From Edaphobacter sp. (GTDB taxonomy: Bacteria > Acidobacteriota > Terriglobia > Terriglobales > Acidobacteriaceae), in the NCBI RefSeq assembly GCF_035763405.1, contig NZ_DASUBE010000083.1:4109-68108 (forward strand): a stretch of DNA of 64,000 bases, in the 5' to 3' direction. Below the pieces are notes generated by a model, which ran no database searches, had not been told where the DNA came from, and was given only the letters and a program-made list of their open reading frames with translations. Shown here one piece after another: positions 18,194 through 28,473 of the stretch. How positions within the stretch are numbered: the stretch's first letter is position 1; every line of letters begins with the position of its first letter. The translations under genes were made by a program, and so were the position numbers.

Positions 18194-19057
18194 ATGAAAC
18201 GAGTCCTGACCGCTCTTGTCCTCATCGCAGCCGTGCTTGCGCTGGTCTTCTTCGGCAAGCTCTGGATGCTCACGCTCTTTGCCGCCATTGTTGCCGAGCT
18301 GGCCGTTTATGAGTACCTCCAGCTCGCCGCCGTCGGGGCTGAGACGCATGGCGCGAAGCTCCGCATTCCGTTCTGGTGGATGGTGGCCGCGACCGCCACC
18401 GCCTTTGTCGTCACGCTGCCCAACTTCCCCGTCGAAGATCAGCTTCCTGTGCTGAGCGCCCTGACGCTCGTACTCTTTGCGTGGAACGCCTTCCGCTCGC
18501 CGCTGATCCAGATTCTGCCCGACACGGCGCAGGGACTCTTCGGACTGATCTATATTGCGTACCCGCTCACGCTCATTCCGCTGCTGTGGAGCAAGGAGAA
18601 CGGCCCGACGCTCGTCCTCTTCCTGATGCTCTCGGTCTGGGTGGGCGACACGGCCGCGCTTTACGTGGGACGCGCATTCGGCAAGCGGAAGCTCGCGCCG
18701 CGCCTGAGCCCGGGCAAGACGTGGGCTGGATCGATTGCGTCGATCGCCGGCAGTGTGCTGATCGCGCTCGCGCTGGCAGAGACCGCCAACGCCCTGACCG
18801 CGCGCGGCAACATGCTGCTGCATATCTCGGAGCCGCTGTGGCAGACGCTCGTGCTGGCTGCGATCCTCAATATCGCCGCGCAGGTTGGCGACCTGCTCGA
18901 ATCGTCCATCAAACGCGGAGCGGGCGTTAAAGACTCCGGTACGATGCTGCCTGGACATGGCGGCATCCTCGACCGCATTGACGCCCTGCTGCTTGCCGCG
19001 CCCGTCCTCTGGTACGCGCTCTTGCTAAAGGACTATTTCGGTCTGGGACGGTTCTGA
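18194..19057 (+). CDS. cdsA: Phosphatidate cytidylyltransferase
   Basis: The polytopic protein has the C-terminal signature SSIKRGAGVKDSGTMLPGHGGILDRIDALL. Confidence 0.9.
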   Translation: MKRVLTALVLIAAVLALVFFGKLWMLTLFAAIVAELAVYEYLQLAAVGAETHGAKLRIPFWWMVAATATAFVVTLPNFPVEDQLPVLSALTLVLFAWNAFRSPLIQILPDTAQGLFGLIYIAYPLTLIPLLWSKENGPTLVLFLMLSVWVGDTAALYVGRAFGKRKLAPRLSPGKTWAGSIASIAGSVLIALALAETANALTARGNMLLHISEPLWQTLVLAAILNIAAQVGDLLESSIKRGAGVKDSGTMLPGHGGILDRIDALLLAAPVLWYALLLKDYFGLGRF

Positions 19058-20422
19058 AGAAGGCGAGAACAGCGCCCCTGCCCAGACGACGAGGCATGGG
19101 AAGAACTCCAGCGTGTAGCGCGGCTCGGAGTTGTCCATGGTCAGCAGCAGTGCCAGGCGGAGCAGCACGTAGCCCATCATGGCCCAGGCGAGCGGCGCGT
19201 TGCCGTCCCATCCTCGCGCGCGCCAGCGCCACAGACCCAGCAGGCCCACGACCAGGTAGGCGAGGTTCAGCGCGGCGAACGCGAGCGAGAAGGCGCTTTC
19301 GCGCGGATGCTTGCTCCACTTCCACCAGTCGAGTGCGATCGGTAGCAGCTCAGTTCGCGGCCGCAGCACCATGTTGACCACGCGGGCCACCGGCAGCGCC
19401 ACGTAGTATCGGATGGGATTGTCCTCGATCCGCTCGCGGGCGAGGGCGGCGAACTGCACGTCGTACTCCGGCTTCGCGTCGCAGGTCTGGTTGTACTCGG
19501 TCAGCAGAGCTTCGGTGCGGGCATACTGCTGGTCCGAATCGAATGCGCGCGTCGGCAGGTCGGCAATGGCAATCTCCGCGGCGTTGTAGTTCCAGTAGAC
19601 GGCGTCGGTTGAGGTGAAGTCGATGGCCCAGGTCCTGTACCAGCGGTTGAACCCGTTGGGCACAGGCTCTCCCGGGTCTGCGGCCGAGCGCGGCGCAAGC
19701 GGTTCGAAGACGTGAAATGTGTGCCAGTTGCGCGCCGCCCAAGGGATGAGCGGAAGCACTACGCAGATCGCTGCTGCCACGATGGGAAGCGTCTTCCGCA
19801 CGACGTCCCCGCCGCCTGCGCGCCACGCAATCCACAGCATAGCCGGAACGACGGCCGCGGCCAGCAAGCCTTGCTCGGGCCGCAACAGAAGCGAATAAGA
19901 CAGTGCGGCAGCGGTGATCCAGAGCCAGCGGTTCCATCCGGCTCCGGCGGCGCGCCAGCATTCCATGCCATAAAACGCCAGCGCAATCGTAGCCAGTGTG
20001 GGAACTTCCGTCAGCGGAGCCGCGACGTAGTTTGCCGTGAACGGGCAGAGCGCCGCAAGCCAGAGCGCCGCGAGACCGGCCCTCTTTCCGAAGAGTCTTC
20101 CCGCCAGCGCAGCCACCAGCAGGCAGGTGGCAAGATCGACCATGCACTGCACGTACATGACGGCTGTGTAGTGTTCGATGCCGAATACACGGAAGCACGC
20201 GGCCAGAAAGAGGGGGTATCCGGGCAGGCGAATCAGTGTTGGCTGGCCGGAGGCGGCAAAGCCATAGACGCCCCGGGTCATCCAGCTTTTTGCAATGTCG
20301 CCGTAGAGCAGTGTGTCGCCCGCGATGGTGCCCGCATGGGCGATAAACCACAGCCGCAGGATGGCTCCGGCCACCAGCGCGGCGGCTGCGGAGATCACTA
20401 GATTGAGGCGGCTGCGGGTCAT
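19025..20422 (-). CDS. Glycosyltransferase family 39 / ArnT-like membrane protein
   Basis: The polytopic product has GDTLLYGDIAKSWMTRGVYGF...LIRLPGYPLFLAACF, typical of PMT_2/ArnT-like enzymes. The start MTRSRL at 20422 is preferred. Confidence 0.7.
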   Translation of the reverse strand: MTRSRLNLVISAAAALVAGAILRLWFIAHAGTIAGDTLLYGDIAKSWMTRGVYGFAASGQPTLIRLPGYPLFLAACFRVFGIEHYTAVMYVQCMVDLATCLLVAALAGRLFGKRAGLAALWLAALCPFTANYVAAPLTEVPTLATIALAFYGMECWRAAGAGWNRWLWITAAALSYSLLLRPEQGLLAAAVVPAMLWIAWRAGGGDVVRKTLPIVAAAICVVLPLIPWAARNWHTFHVFEPLAPRSAADPGEPVPNGFNRWYRTWAIDFTSTDAVYWNYNAAEIAIADLPTRAFDSDQQYARTEALLTEYNQTCDAKPEYDVQFAALARERIEDNPIRYYVALPVARVVNMVLRPRTELLPIALDWWKWSKHPRESAFSLAFAALNLAYLVVGLLGLWRWRARGWDGNAPLAWAMMGYVLLRLALLLTMDNSEPRYTLEFFPCLVVWAGALFSPSSEPSQTEIVL

Positions 20423-20652
20423 CCTTTGTGCATCATATCTGGTTGCGCAACACCTTCCGCGGGGTTGCGTTGACGCGGAAGGTTTCGCTGCATACGATTG
20501 CACTTAGGGGGGCTTGCCAGGTTCCGGGAAGACCGGCCGGGGCCATGCCCCATGTGGAGATGTGAGATGAGCGGCGTGACCTGGTTCACGCGCTTTCCAG
20601 GCAATACTGATTCCGAGTTTCCCCAGCATAGGCAGGCCGCCAGCTTCATTCG

Positions 20653-23600
20653 ATGAACAGACAAGTCTTTTACGATCCGCAACGCAAGCGATGGAAGCGG
20701 CTACGCCGAATCTTCGACATCCTCGCCCTGCTGGGCGTGCTGCTGGGCACGCTGTTCATCATTAATCTGCTACGGATGAAGCCGCTTCCTGAGCTTCTGC
20801 TGACGACGCCTAAGCGCAACTACCGGGCGCTTGCCAACCCACCGGCGCTCAAGCCCGGGCAAAAGCTGCGCAGGCCGGCCCATCGCAAGACCGACAAGAA
20901 GCCCTCCGAGGTGCAGCTGAACTCGGGCGAAGGGCTGCGCGCGGCCTACTATGTGGTGGACGATCCGGCCAGCTACTCGTCGCTCAAGCAGCACATCAAC
21001 CAGATTGATCTGCTCTTTCCCGAGTGGCTGCATGTCGTCTCGCCGGACGGCACGCTGACCGGCTACTCGGAGGACAACAGCCCGTTTGCCGTGGTCGATT
21101 CCGCAGGCGTGCACCGCGTGGACCGCGAGCGTCAGGTCGCCAATACGATCGCGAAGAATCGCGCCAACACCGAAGTCTTTCCGCTGGTCAACAACTATGA
21201 CCCCACCAAGGGCTACTTCCAGCCGTCGGTCGGCGACTTCCTCAACAACGAACAGTCGCGCGCGCACTTCATTAAGCAGATCGACGCCTTTCTGGCGGGG
21301 AACCCCAGCTATCACGGCATCTCGCTCGATTTCGAGGAGATCCCGACCGATGCGCAACCGGGACTGAACTCGCTGATCGAGGCACTGTACAACGACTTTC
21401 ATCCGCGTAACCTGCGCCTCTACGTCAACGCGCCCGTCGGTGACGACGATTTCGACCTGACGTTTCTGGCGAACCACTCCGACGGTTTGCTGATCATGAA
21501 CTACGACCAGCACCAGATCGACAGCGAACCCGGGCCGATTGCCGCGCAGGACTGGTTCATCGACAACCTGAAGACCGTGCTGAAGACCGTTCCCAAGAAC
21601 AAGATCATCTGCTCGGTGGGCAGCTATGGGTACGACTGGACCACGACCATGCCGGAGCCGCCAGGGCGTGGCAAAAGAAAGAAGCCAGCGCCCGAGAAGG
21701 TGCTTGGGTCGCGCGATCTTTCCACGCAGGAAGCCTGGCAGGAGGCCTACGACTCCGAAGCTGAGGTGGAGCTGGACTCCGATTCCCTGAACCCGCACTT
21801 CGCCTACGACGATGAAGACGCGCATGTGCGGCATCAGGTCTGGTTCCTCGATGCGGTCACGGTGCTCAACGAGATGCGGGCCGCGCGCGCGCTGGGCATT
21901 GAGACGTTCGCGCTCTGGCAACTGGGTTCGGAAGACAATTCGCTGTGGAAGATATGGGACTCTCCGCAGAAGACCGACCCGGTCAAGGCACTCGCGACGA
22001 TTCCACCGGGCTATGACGTCGATACCGAAGGCGACGGCGACATCCTGCGCATCACGCGCCGTCCGCAGAACGGCAAGCGCACCATCACAATGGACGACGA
22101 CGACTCGGTGCCCGTGGGCTATCGCACCATCACCGAGGAGTCGATGGTCTCCTATCCGCTCTCCTACACGGTCGAGCAGTACGGATACCACCCCAACAAG
22201 GTGGCCCTGACCTTTGACGATGGACCCGATCCGGAGTGGACCCCGAAGATCCTCGACATCCTGAAGAAGTACAACGTCAAGGCCACGTTCCTGATGATCG
22301 GCGAGAACGCCGAAAAGAACGTGGGCATGATGCAGCGGGTGTATCGGGAAGGCCACGAGATCGGCAACCACACCTTCACGCATCCGGACGTCAGCGATAT
22401 TTCAAATGCGCAGGTCGACATTCAGCTCAACCTGACGGAGCGTCTCTTCGCGGCGAAGCTGGGCGTCCAGCCGCTGTTCTTCCGCCCACCCTACTCCATC
22501 GATCAGGAGCCGGATACCAACGATCAGGCTGCGCCCATCGACCGCATCCAGGGCATGGGCTACGTCATCCTGGGCAACAAGATCGACACCAACGACTGGG
22601 ACGAGCATCCGCGCAAGACGCCGAAGGAGATTATCGACAGCGTCTTTGCGCAGATCGCCGGCATGAAGGACCGCCCGTGGACGAAGGGCTCGATCATCCT
22701 GCTGCACGACAGCGGCGGCGACCGCTCGGCCACTGTGGCCGCGCTGCCCTTGCTGATCACCAGCCTGCGTGCGCATGGCTACCAGATCGTTCCGGTCTCG
22801 GACCTGCTGGGCAAGACCCGCGCCCAGGTGATGCCGCCTCTGACATCACACCAGCGATGGCAGGCGCGCGTCGATTCGCTGACGTTCTTCTTCATCGGCT
22901 TCTTCCAGAATTTCGTCGTGGCGCTGTTCTTCGTCGGCGACATTCTGATGACCGCGCGGCTGATTATCATCGGCATCTGCGCGGTCATCGACCGCTTCCG
23001 CAAGCGGACCAGCTATGCGGGTTCAGGCTACGCGCCGCGCGTCGCTGTGCTGATTCCTGCTTACAACGAGGAGAAGGTCATCGTGCGGACGATCCGCTCG
23101 GTGATGATGTCCACCTACAAGAACCTGCGCATCATCGTCATCGACGACGGCTCGACCGACGCCACCTACGAAGTGGCGAAGGCCGCGTATCCGAAAGAGA
23201 TCGCCTCCGGACGCCTGACCGTGCTGACCAAGCCGAACGCCGGCAAGGCCGAGGCGCTGAACTACGCTCTCGAACACTTCGACGAAGAGATCTATGTCGG
23301 CATTGATGCCGACACGGTGATTGCGCACGACGCCATCGGCAGGTTGGTTGCGCTGTTTGCCGACCCGAAGGTCGGAGCCGTCGCGGGCAATGCCAAGGTA
23401 GGCAACCGCGTGAACCTGTGGACACGCTGGCAGGCGCTTGAATACATCACCAGCCAGAACTTCGAACGGCGCGCGCTCGATCTATTCGACGTGGTTCCGG
23501 TTGTGCCCGGCGCGATCGGCGCGTGGCGCACCGCAGCGGTGAAGGCAGGTGGAGGCTACCACTCCAACACCGTGGCCGAAGATGCCGACCTGACCATGAA

Positions 23601-24189
23601 CCTGCTCGAACAGGGCTACAAGGCCATCTACGAAGACCAGGCGCTCGCCTTCACTGAGGCCCCGATCAACGCCGACGGCCTCATCCGGCAGCGGTTCCGG
23701 TGGTCGTTTGGCAGCCTGCAGGCAGTGTGGAAGCACCGCGGCGCCATCACCACCAACCTCGCCATGGGCTTGTTTGCGCTGCCCAACATCGTCATCTTCC
23801 AGATTATTCTGCCGCTGGTCTCGCCGCTGATCGACCTGATGTTTGTCGCGGGCATCATCCACTACTTCATCGACAAACACTTCCACCCGGTGGCCACGTC
23901 GCCCGCCAGCTTCTACAAGCTGCTGGCCTTCTTCATGGTCTTCCTGGTGATTGACTTCATCACGTCCGTGCTCGCGTTCATGCTCGAACGCAAACACCCG
24001 GCGAGCAAGGGCGATGCATGGCTGCTGTTCCACATCTGGATCCAGCGGTTCACCTATCGGCAGCTCTTTGCGCTGGTTTTGTTCAAGACGGTGAAGCGTG
24101 CCATCGACGGCAAACCCTTCAGTTGGGACAAGCTCGACCGCACGGCCAAGATGTCGAAGGAGACCGACAAGCTGACCGAGATGCGCTAG
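20653..24189 (+). CDS. Multidomain exopolysaccharide protein: TM + GH18-like + polysaccharide deacetylase (CE4/NodB) + family 2 glycosyltransferase
   Basis: The 1178 aa product has a GH18-like block (YHGISLDFEEI). The NodB block is VALTFDDGPDPEWTPKILDILKKYNVKATFLMIG...GNHTFTHPD. The GT2 block is VAVLIPAYNEEKVI...IVIDDGSTDAT...GIDADT...QRFRWSFGSLQ, followed by C-terminal TM helices. Confidence 0.85.
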   Translation: MNRQVFYDPQRKRWKRLRRIFDILALLGVLLGTLFIINLLRMKPLPELLLTTPKRNYRALANPPALKPGQKLRRPAHRKTDKKPSEVQLNSGEGLRAAYYVVDDPASYSSLKQHINQIDLLFPEWLHVVSPDGTLTGYSEDNSPFAVVDSAGVHRVDRERQVANTIAKNRANTEVFPLVNNYDPTKGYFQPSVGDFLNNEQSRAHFIKQIDAFLAGNPSYHGISLDFEEIPTDAQPGLNSLIEALYNDFHPRNLRLYVNAPVGDDDFDLTFLANHSDGLLIMNYDQHQIDSEPGPIAAQDWFIDNLKTVLKTVPKNKIICSVGSYGYDWTTTMPEPPGRGKRKKPAPEKVLGSRDLSTQEAWQEAYDSEAEVELDSDSLNPHFAYDDEDAHVRHQVWFLDAVTVLNEMRAARALGIETFALWQLGSEDNSLWKIWDSPQKTDPVKALATIPPGYDVDTEGDGDILRITRRPQNGKRTITMDDDDSVPVGYRTITEESMVSYPLSYTVEQYGYHPNKVALTFDDGPDPEWTPKILDILKKYNVKATFLMIGENAEKNVGMMQRVYREGHEIGNHTFTHPDVSDISNAQVDIQLNLTERLFAAKLGVQPLFFRPPYSIDQEPDTNDQAAPIDRIQGMGYVILGNKIDTNDWDEHPRKTPKEIIDSVFAQIAGMKDRPWTKGSIILLHDSGGDRSATVAALPLLITSLRAHGYQIVPVSDLLGKTRAQVMPPLTSHQRWQARVDSLTFFFIGFFQNFVVALFFVGDILMTARLIIIGICAVIDRFRKRTSYAGSGYAPRVAVLIPAYNEEKVIVRTIRSVMMSTYKNLRIIVIDDGSTDATYEVAKAAYPKEIASGRLTVLTKPNAGKAEALNYALEHFDEEIYVGIDADTVIAHDAIGRLVALFADPKVGAVAGNAKVGNRVNLWTRWQALEYITSQNFERRALDLFDVVPVVPGAIGAWRTAAVKAGGGYHSNTVAEDADLTMNLLEQGYKAIYEDQALAFTEAPINADGLIRQRFRWSFGSLQAVWKHRGAITTNLAMGLFALPNIVIFQIILPLVSPLIDLMFVAGIIHYFIDKHFHPVATSPASFYKLLAFFMVFLVIDFITSVLAFMLERKHPASKGDAWLLFHIWIQRFTYRQLFALVLFKTVKRAIDGKPFSWDKLDRTAKMSKETDKLTEMR

Positions 24190-24251
24190 TCGAAAATCGG
24201 TGACGAGCCGGGGCGACGAGACTCTTTCGCTCGCGCTAGAATCTAACCCTT

Positions 24252-25847
24252 ATGGCTACCGTAGACCTTTCCCCCGCGACCGCGTACACGACCACGCTGC
24301 ATCCGTTTGCCAATGAGCCTTTTGTCGACTTCTCCACCGCTGAAAACAAGCGCGCCATGGAGACGGCGCTGGCCGAGGTGGCCACGCAACTGGGCCGCGA
24401 GTACGACCTGGTCATCGGCGGCAAGCGGCTGCGGACGACGAAAAAGATCATTTCGACGAACCCGGCGCGGCCTGCGCAGGTTGTCGGCATTCACCAGCAT
24501 GCCGGGCTTGAGCATGTAGAAGACGCCATGCGCGCGGCGCAGACCGCGTTCCAGAGCTGGAGCCGCGTGCCGGTTGCCGAGCGAGCCGGTCTGCTGTTTC
24601 GCGCGGCGGAGATGATTCGCCTGCGCAAGTTTGAGTTCCATGCCTGGCTGGTCTATGAGACAGGCAAGAACTGGGCCGAGGCTGACGCCGACGTGGGCGA
24701 GACCATCGACTTCCTCGAATTCTACGGACGCGAGGCGCTCAGGCTCGATGCCGTGAAGACGCCCATCCAGTATCCCGGTGAGCGGAACCGACTGCGCTAT
24801 ATTCCGCTCGGCGTGGGCGCGGTGATCTCACCGTGGAACTTTCCGTTCGCCATTATGGCCGGTATGACGGCGGCTTCGATTGTGTGCGGCAATACCGTCA
24901 TTCTGAAGCCTTCGGTCGATGCGCCCACCATTGCGGCACGCTTTATGAATCTGCTGATCGAAGCCGGACTGCCCGACGGCGTGGTGAACTTCTGCCCCGG
25001 CGAGGGACCGGAGTTCGGCAGCGCCATCGTCGCGCATCCGCAGACGCGCTTCATCGCATTTACCGGATCGAAGGCCGTGGGCCTGGATATTCACGAGCGC
25101 GCCGCCGTAACGCTGCCTGGGCAGAAGTTCATCAAGCGGACCATCCTCGAGATGGGCGGCAAGGACTCGATCATCGTCGATGCCGATTGCGACATCAACG
25201 CCGCCGTCGAGGGCGTCGTCGCCAGCGCCTTCGGCTTCAACGGACAGAAGTGCTCGGCCTGCTCGCGCGCGATTGTGGACGCGGCGATCTACGACAGCTT
25301 CTGCGACCGTCTGCGCGCACGGGTCGAATCCATTCAAACCGGTGACCCGGTAAAGAATATTTACACCGGCCCGGTCATCAGCGAGAAGGCGTATCGCAAA
25401 ATTTTGAACTATATCGAGATCGGCAAGGGCGAGGGCAGACTGCTGAATGGCGGTAAGGCGATTGATACGCCCGAAAAGGGCTACTACATCGCCCCCACTG
25501 TCATTGCGGATGTTGCGCCCACGGCTCGCATCGCACAGGAGGAGATCTTCGGCCCGGTGCTCGCAGTCATCAAATCGCACAGCTTCGACGAAGCCCTGGC
25601 GATTGCCAACAACACCGAATATGGCCTGACAGGCTCGGTGTACTCGAATTCGCGCGAGAAGCTGGAGCGCGCCGGAGAAGAGTTCCACGTGGGCAATCTC
25701 TACTTCAACCGCAAATCCACGGGCGCGATGGTCGGCGCGCATCCTTTCGGCGGATTCAACATGAGCGGCACCGACTCGAAGGCAGGCGGACCCGATTATC
25801 TGCTGCTGTTCACGCAGGCAAAGAGTATTGGGGAGAAAGTGAAGTAA
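24252..25847 (+). CDS. pruA: L-glutamate gamma-semialdehyde (1-pyrroline-5-carboxylate) dehydrogenase
   Basis: This aldehyde dehydrogenase fold has ILEMGGKDS and FGFNGQKCSACSR catalytic blocks and a PruA/RocA-type N-terminus (FANEPFVDFS). Confidence 0.85.
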   Translation: MATVDLSPATAYTTTLHPFANEPFVDFSTAENKRAMETALAEVATQLGREYDLVIGGKRLRTTKKIISTNPARPAQVVGIHQHAGLEHVEDAMRAAQTAFQSWSRVPVAERAGLLFRAAEMIRLRKFEFHAWLVYETGKNWAEADADVGETIDFLEFYGREALRLDAVKTPIQYPGERNRLRYIPLGVGAVISPWNFPFAIMAGMTAASIVCGNTVILKPSVDAPTIAARFMNLLIEAGLPDGVVNFCPGEGPEFGSAIVAHPQTRFIAFTGSKAVGLDIHERAAVTLPGQKFIKRTILEMGGKDSIIVDADCDINAAVEGVVASAFGFNGQKCSACSRAIVDAAIYDSFCDRLRARVESIQTGDPVKNIYTGPVISEKAYRKILNYIEIGKGEGRLLNGGKAIDTPEKGYYIAPTVIADVAPTARIAQEEIFGPVLAVIKSHSFDEALAIANNTEYGLTGSVYSNSREKLERAGEEFHVGNLYFNRKSTGAMVGAHPFGGFNMSGTDSKAGGPDYLLLFTQAKSIGEKVK

Positions 25848-25903
25848 GCCTCTATCTTCCGGCTTGTAGCTCAAGGCTGAAAGCTAGAGGCTAATAGCTG
25901 TCT

Positions 25904-26560
25904 TTACGCCGTCTTCATCTGGATGAGGTTGCCGGCTTTTGCCGCAGCCTCGGCCAGCACGCGATGATGAATCGTGAACAGCGCCAGTTCGAGACGGTCG
26001 GAGACGCCGGTCTTGTCGTAAATGCTGCGCAGATAGTTTTTGATGACCTGCTCCTTGGTGCCGAGCTGGTGGGCAATCTCTTTGTTCTTGCAGCCCTGCA
26101 CGATCAGCGAGACAATCTGCATCTCTTTGGGCGTCAGGCGATCGCGGACGCGCGCGCCGACGTTATCTGCCGCGTGCATGGTGGTGACGTTCGAGTGCTG
26201 AAGATAGCGCTGGCCGCGCGCAACACGGCGCACGCAGTCCACCAGGTCGGGTCCCGGGACATTGCGGCTCACGATGCCATCGAAGAGTTGCGCGATTTCC
26301 TCGGCAACATGCTCCGCATTTTCCGTTACGAGGATGACGCGGCTGCCAAGCGGCTGCGTGTGCGACACAAGCGCGGCAACGTCGAGGTTCAGACTCGTCG
26401 AGACGAGCGCAACCGAGCCACGGAAGCTGTCGATTGCGGAGAAGAGTTTCGCCGCATCTTCGCACTGGGCGACGATGCGCATGTCGTCCTCAAGCGCGAG
26501 CACACGCGCGGCTCCGGCTCGGAAGATCGCCTGGTTGTCAGCGAGGATGAGTCGATTCAT
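25904..26560 (-). CDS. LuxR/NarL-family regulator with atypical receiver domain
   Basis: The C-terminal HTH is LTPKEMQIVSLIVQGCKNKEIAHQLGTKEQVIKNYLRSIYDKTGVSDRLELA. The N-terminal receiver-like fold has Ser/Thr where the phospho-Asp is expected (ALVSTSLN). Confidence 0.8.
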   Translation of the reverse strand: MNRLILADNQAIFRAGAARVLALEDDMRIVAQCEDAAKLFSAIDSFRGSVALVSTSLNLDVAALVSHTQPLGSRVILVTENAEHVAEEIAQLFDGIVSRNVPGPDLVDCVRRVARGQRYLQHSNVTTMHAADNVGARVRDRLTPKEMQIVSLIVQGCKNKEIAHQLGTKEQVIKNYLRSIYDKTGVSDRLELALFTIHHRVLAEAAAKAGNLIQMKTA

Positions 26561-26803
26561 CGGTATGTTCGTCTCCTGCCGGGCCGTATGCCCCGTTCTT
26601 TCTCTCCATCGGCTGAAGGCGGGCGGAGCGGGAAAAATGTCTGCAATTCGGACATCAGGCGGTCTGCACCAACGGGCGCTTGTTGACTGAACTTACAATA
26701 GCCCATGTTTTTGAACCCCGGAGGCGCCGGGGGGAATCCAAAGATGAGGCGCCGCCGGTTTACCGGCTTCAACTCAGGGGCACCGGCGAAGTATAACAAG
26801 AGT

Positions 26804-28450
26804 ATGCCTAAGCCAATTCTGCTCGCCATCGATGACGACACCAGTGTGCTGGAAGCTGTGGTACAGGACCTGCGCCGCCACTACGGGCAGCATTACCGCA
26901 TCGTCCGCGCGGCCTCGGGCGCGGCTGCGCTCGACATCTGCCGCCAGTTGCAGGAGCGCAAGGACATCGTCGCGCTGTTCCTGTCGGACCAGCGGATGCC
27001 GGGCATGACCGGAGTTGATTTTCTGCAGCAGGCGCTCACCATCTATCCCGACGCCAAGCGCGTGCTGCTGACCGCTTACGCGGATACCGAAGCAGCTATC
27101 CGCGCCATCAATTCGGCAAAAATTCACTATTACCTGAACAAGCCCTGGGACCCGCCGGAAGAGAAACTCTATCCGGTGCTCGACGACCTGCTTGAAGCAT
27201 GGAAGCAGGGATATAAGCCGCCGTTCGAGGGCATCCGCGTGGTGGGCACGCGCTGGTCGCCTAAGGACCACGCGATCCGCGACTTTCTCTCGCGCAACCG
27301 CATTCCGTATCAATGGCTGACGCCGGAGCAGAACCCCGAGGCCATCGATCTGCTGAAGGAAAAAGGTCTCGATGACGCGAAGCTGCCGGTGGTGCTCTTC
27401 GGCGACGGCACGGCGCTCGTGCAGCCTACTTCCATAGAAGTAGCGAACAAAGTAGGCATCTCGACGCAGGCGCAGCAGCAGTTCTACGACCTGGTCGTCG
27501 TTGGGGCTGGGCCTGCCGGTCTCGCTGCAGGAGTGTACGGCGCGTCCGAGGGTTTGAAGACGCTCATCGTCGAGCCGAATGCCGCGGGCGGGCAGGCTGG
27601 ATCAAGCTCCCGCATCGAAAACTATCTCGGCTTTCCGCAGGGAGTAAGCGGCGAGGAATTGGCCAAACGGGCATTTCTGCAAGCAGGAAGGCTGGGCGCG
27701 GAGTTTCTGCTGCAAAAGGTCACTGGTATCCGGCAGGAGAACCAGTACCTGATCGTCGGCATGAAGGACGGGCGCGAGGTGACGTGCCACGTCTGCCTGC
27801 TCGCCACAGGCGTGTCGTATTGCAAGCTCGACATTCCGGGCGCAGACAAGTTCAGCGGTGCCGGGATATATTACGGGGCGGCGCTGACGGAGGCGATGTC
27901 CTGTGCCAATGAAGAGGTCTATATCGTAGGCGGCGCCAACTCGGCAGGCCAGGCAGCGATGCACTTCGCGCGCTACGCCGCCAAAGTGCGCATGATCGTC
28001 CGTGCCGACTCGCTGAGCAAGAGCATGTCGAAGTACCTGATCGACCAGATCGAGGCGACGCCGAACATCATCGTCGAGACGCGCACCGAGGTGGTCTCCG
28101 CCTCGGGCAACGAGCATCTCGAATGCCTGACGCTCAAGACGCCGAACGGCGAAGAGGCCCGCCACACCAGCTCGCTGTTCATCTTCATCGGCGCGGAGCC
28201 GAAGACGGACTGGCTGCCTGCGGGGCTTCTGCGCGACAAGCGTGGCTTTGTGCTCTCCGGCCCGGATCTTAAGGCGAAGTGTCCGCAGTCGTGGAAGCTG
28301 GACCGCGAGCCGTACCTGCTCGAAACCAGTATGCCCGGCGTGTTTGTCGCGGGCGACGTGCGATTCAATTCTATAAAACGATGCGCTTCGGCAGTCGGCG
28401 AAGGCTCAATCGCAATTCAGTTTGTACACCAGTATCTGGCAACGCTTTGA
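26804..28450 (+). CDS. Fused response regulator / thioredoxin-reductase-like FAD oxidoreductase
   Basis: The receiver is ILLAIDDD...LFLSDQRMPGMTG...LTAYAD...YLNKPW. The FAD/NAD folds are VVVGAGPAGLAAGVYGASEG and YIVGGANSAGQAAMHFA, with the C-terminal GVFVAGDVR. The start is MPKPILL at 26804. Confidence 0.85.
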   Translation: MPKPILLAIDDDTSVLEAVVQDLRRHYGQHYRIVRAASGAAALDICRQLQERKDIVALFLSDQRMPGMTGVDFLQQALTIYPDAKRVLLTAYADTEAAIRAINSAKIHYYLNKPWDPPEEKLYPVLDDLLEAWKQGYKPPFEGIRVVGTRWSPKDHAIRDFLSRNRIPYQWLTPEQNPEAIDLLKEKGLDDAKLPVVLFGDGTALVQPTSIEVANKVGISTQAQQQFYDLVVVGAGPAGLAAGVYGASEGLKTLIVEPNAAGGQAGSSSRIENYLGFPQGVSGEELAKRAFLQAGRLGAEFLLQKVTGIRQENQYLIVGMKDGREVTCHVCLLATGVSYCKLDIPGADKFSGAGIYYGAALTEAMSCANEEVYIVGGANSAGQAAMHFARYAAKVRMIVRADSLSKSMSKYLIDQIEATPNIIVETRTEVVSASGNEHLECLTLKTPNGEEARHTSSLFIFIGAEPKTDWLPAGLLRDKRGFVLSGPDLKAKCPQSWKLDREPYLLETSMPGVFVAGDVRFNSIKRCASAVGEGSIAIQFVHQYLATL

Positions 28451-28473
28451 AAGGCGGTAGTTTTCGTAAGACC

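Noticed and set aside
20770-22383. 537 aa minus-strand ORF inside the GH18-CE4-GT2 gene
   Set aside because: It is antisense to a gene with clear NodB and GH18 motifs. The Arg/Val/Gly-rich composition and lack of a family signature point to a shadow ORF.
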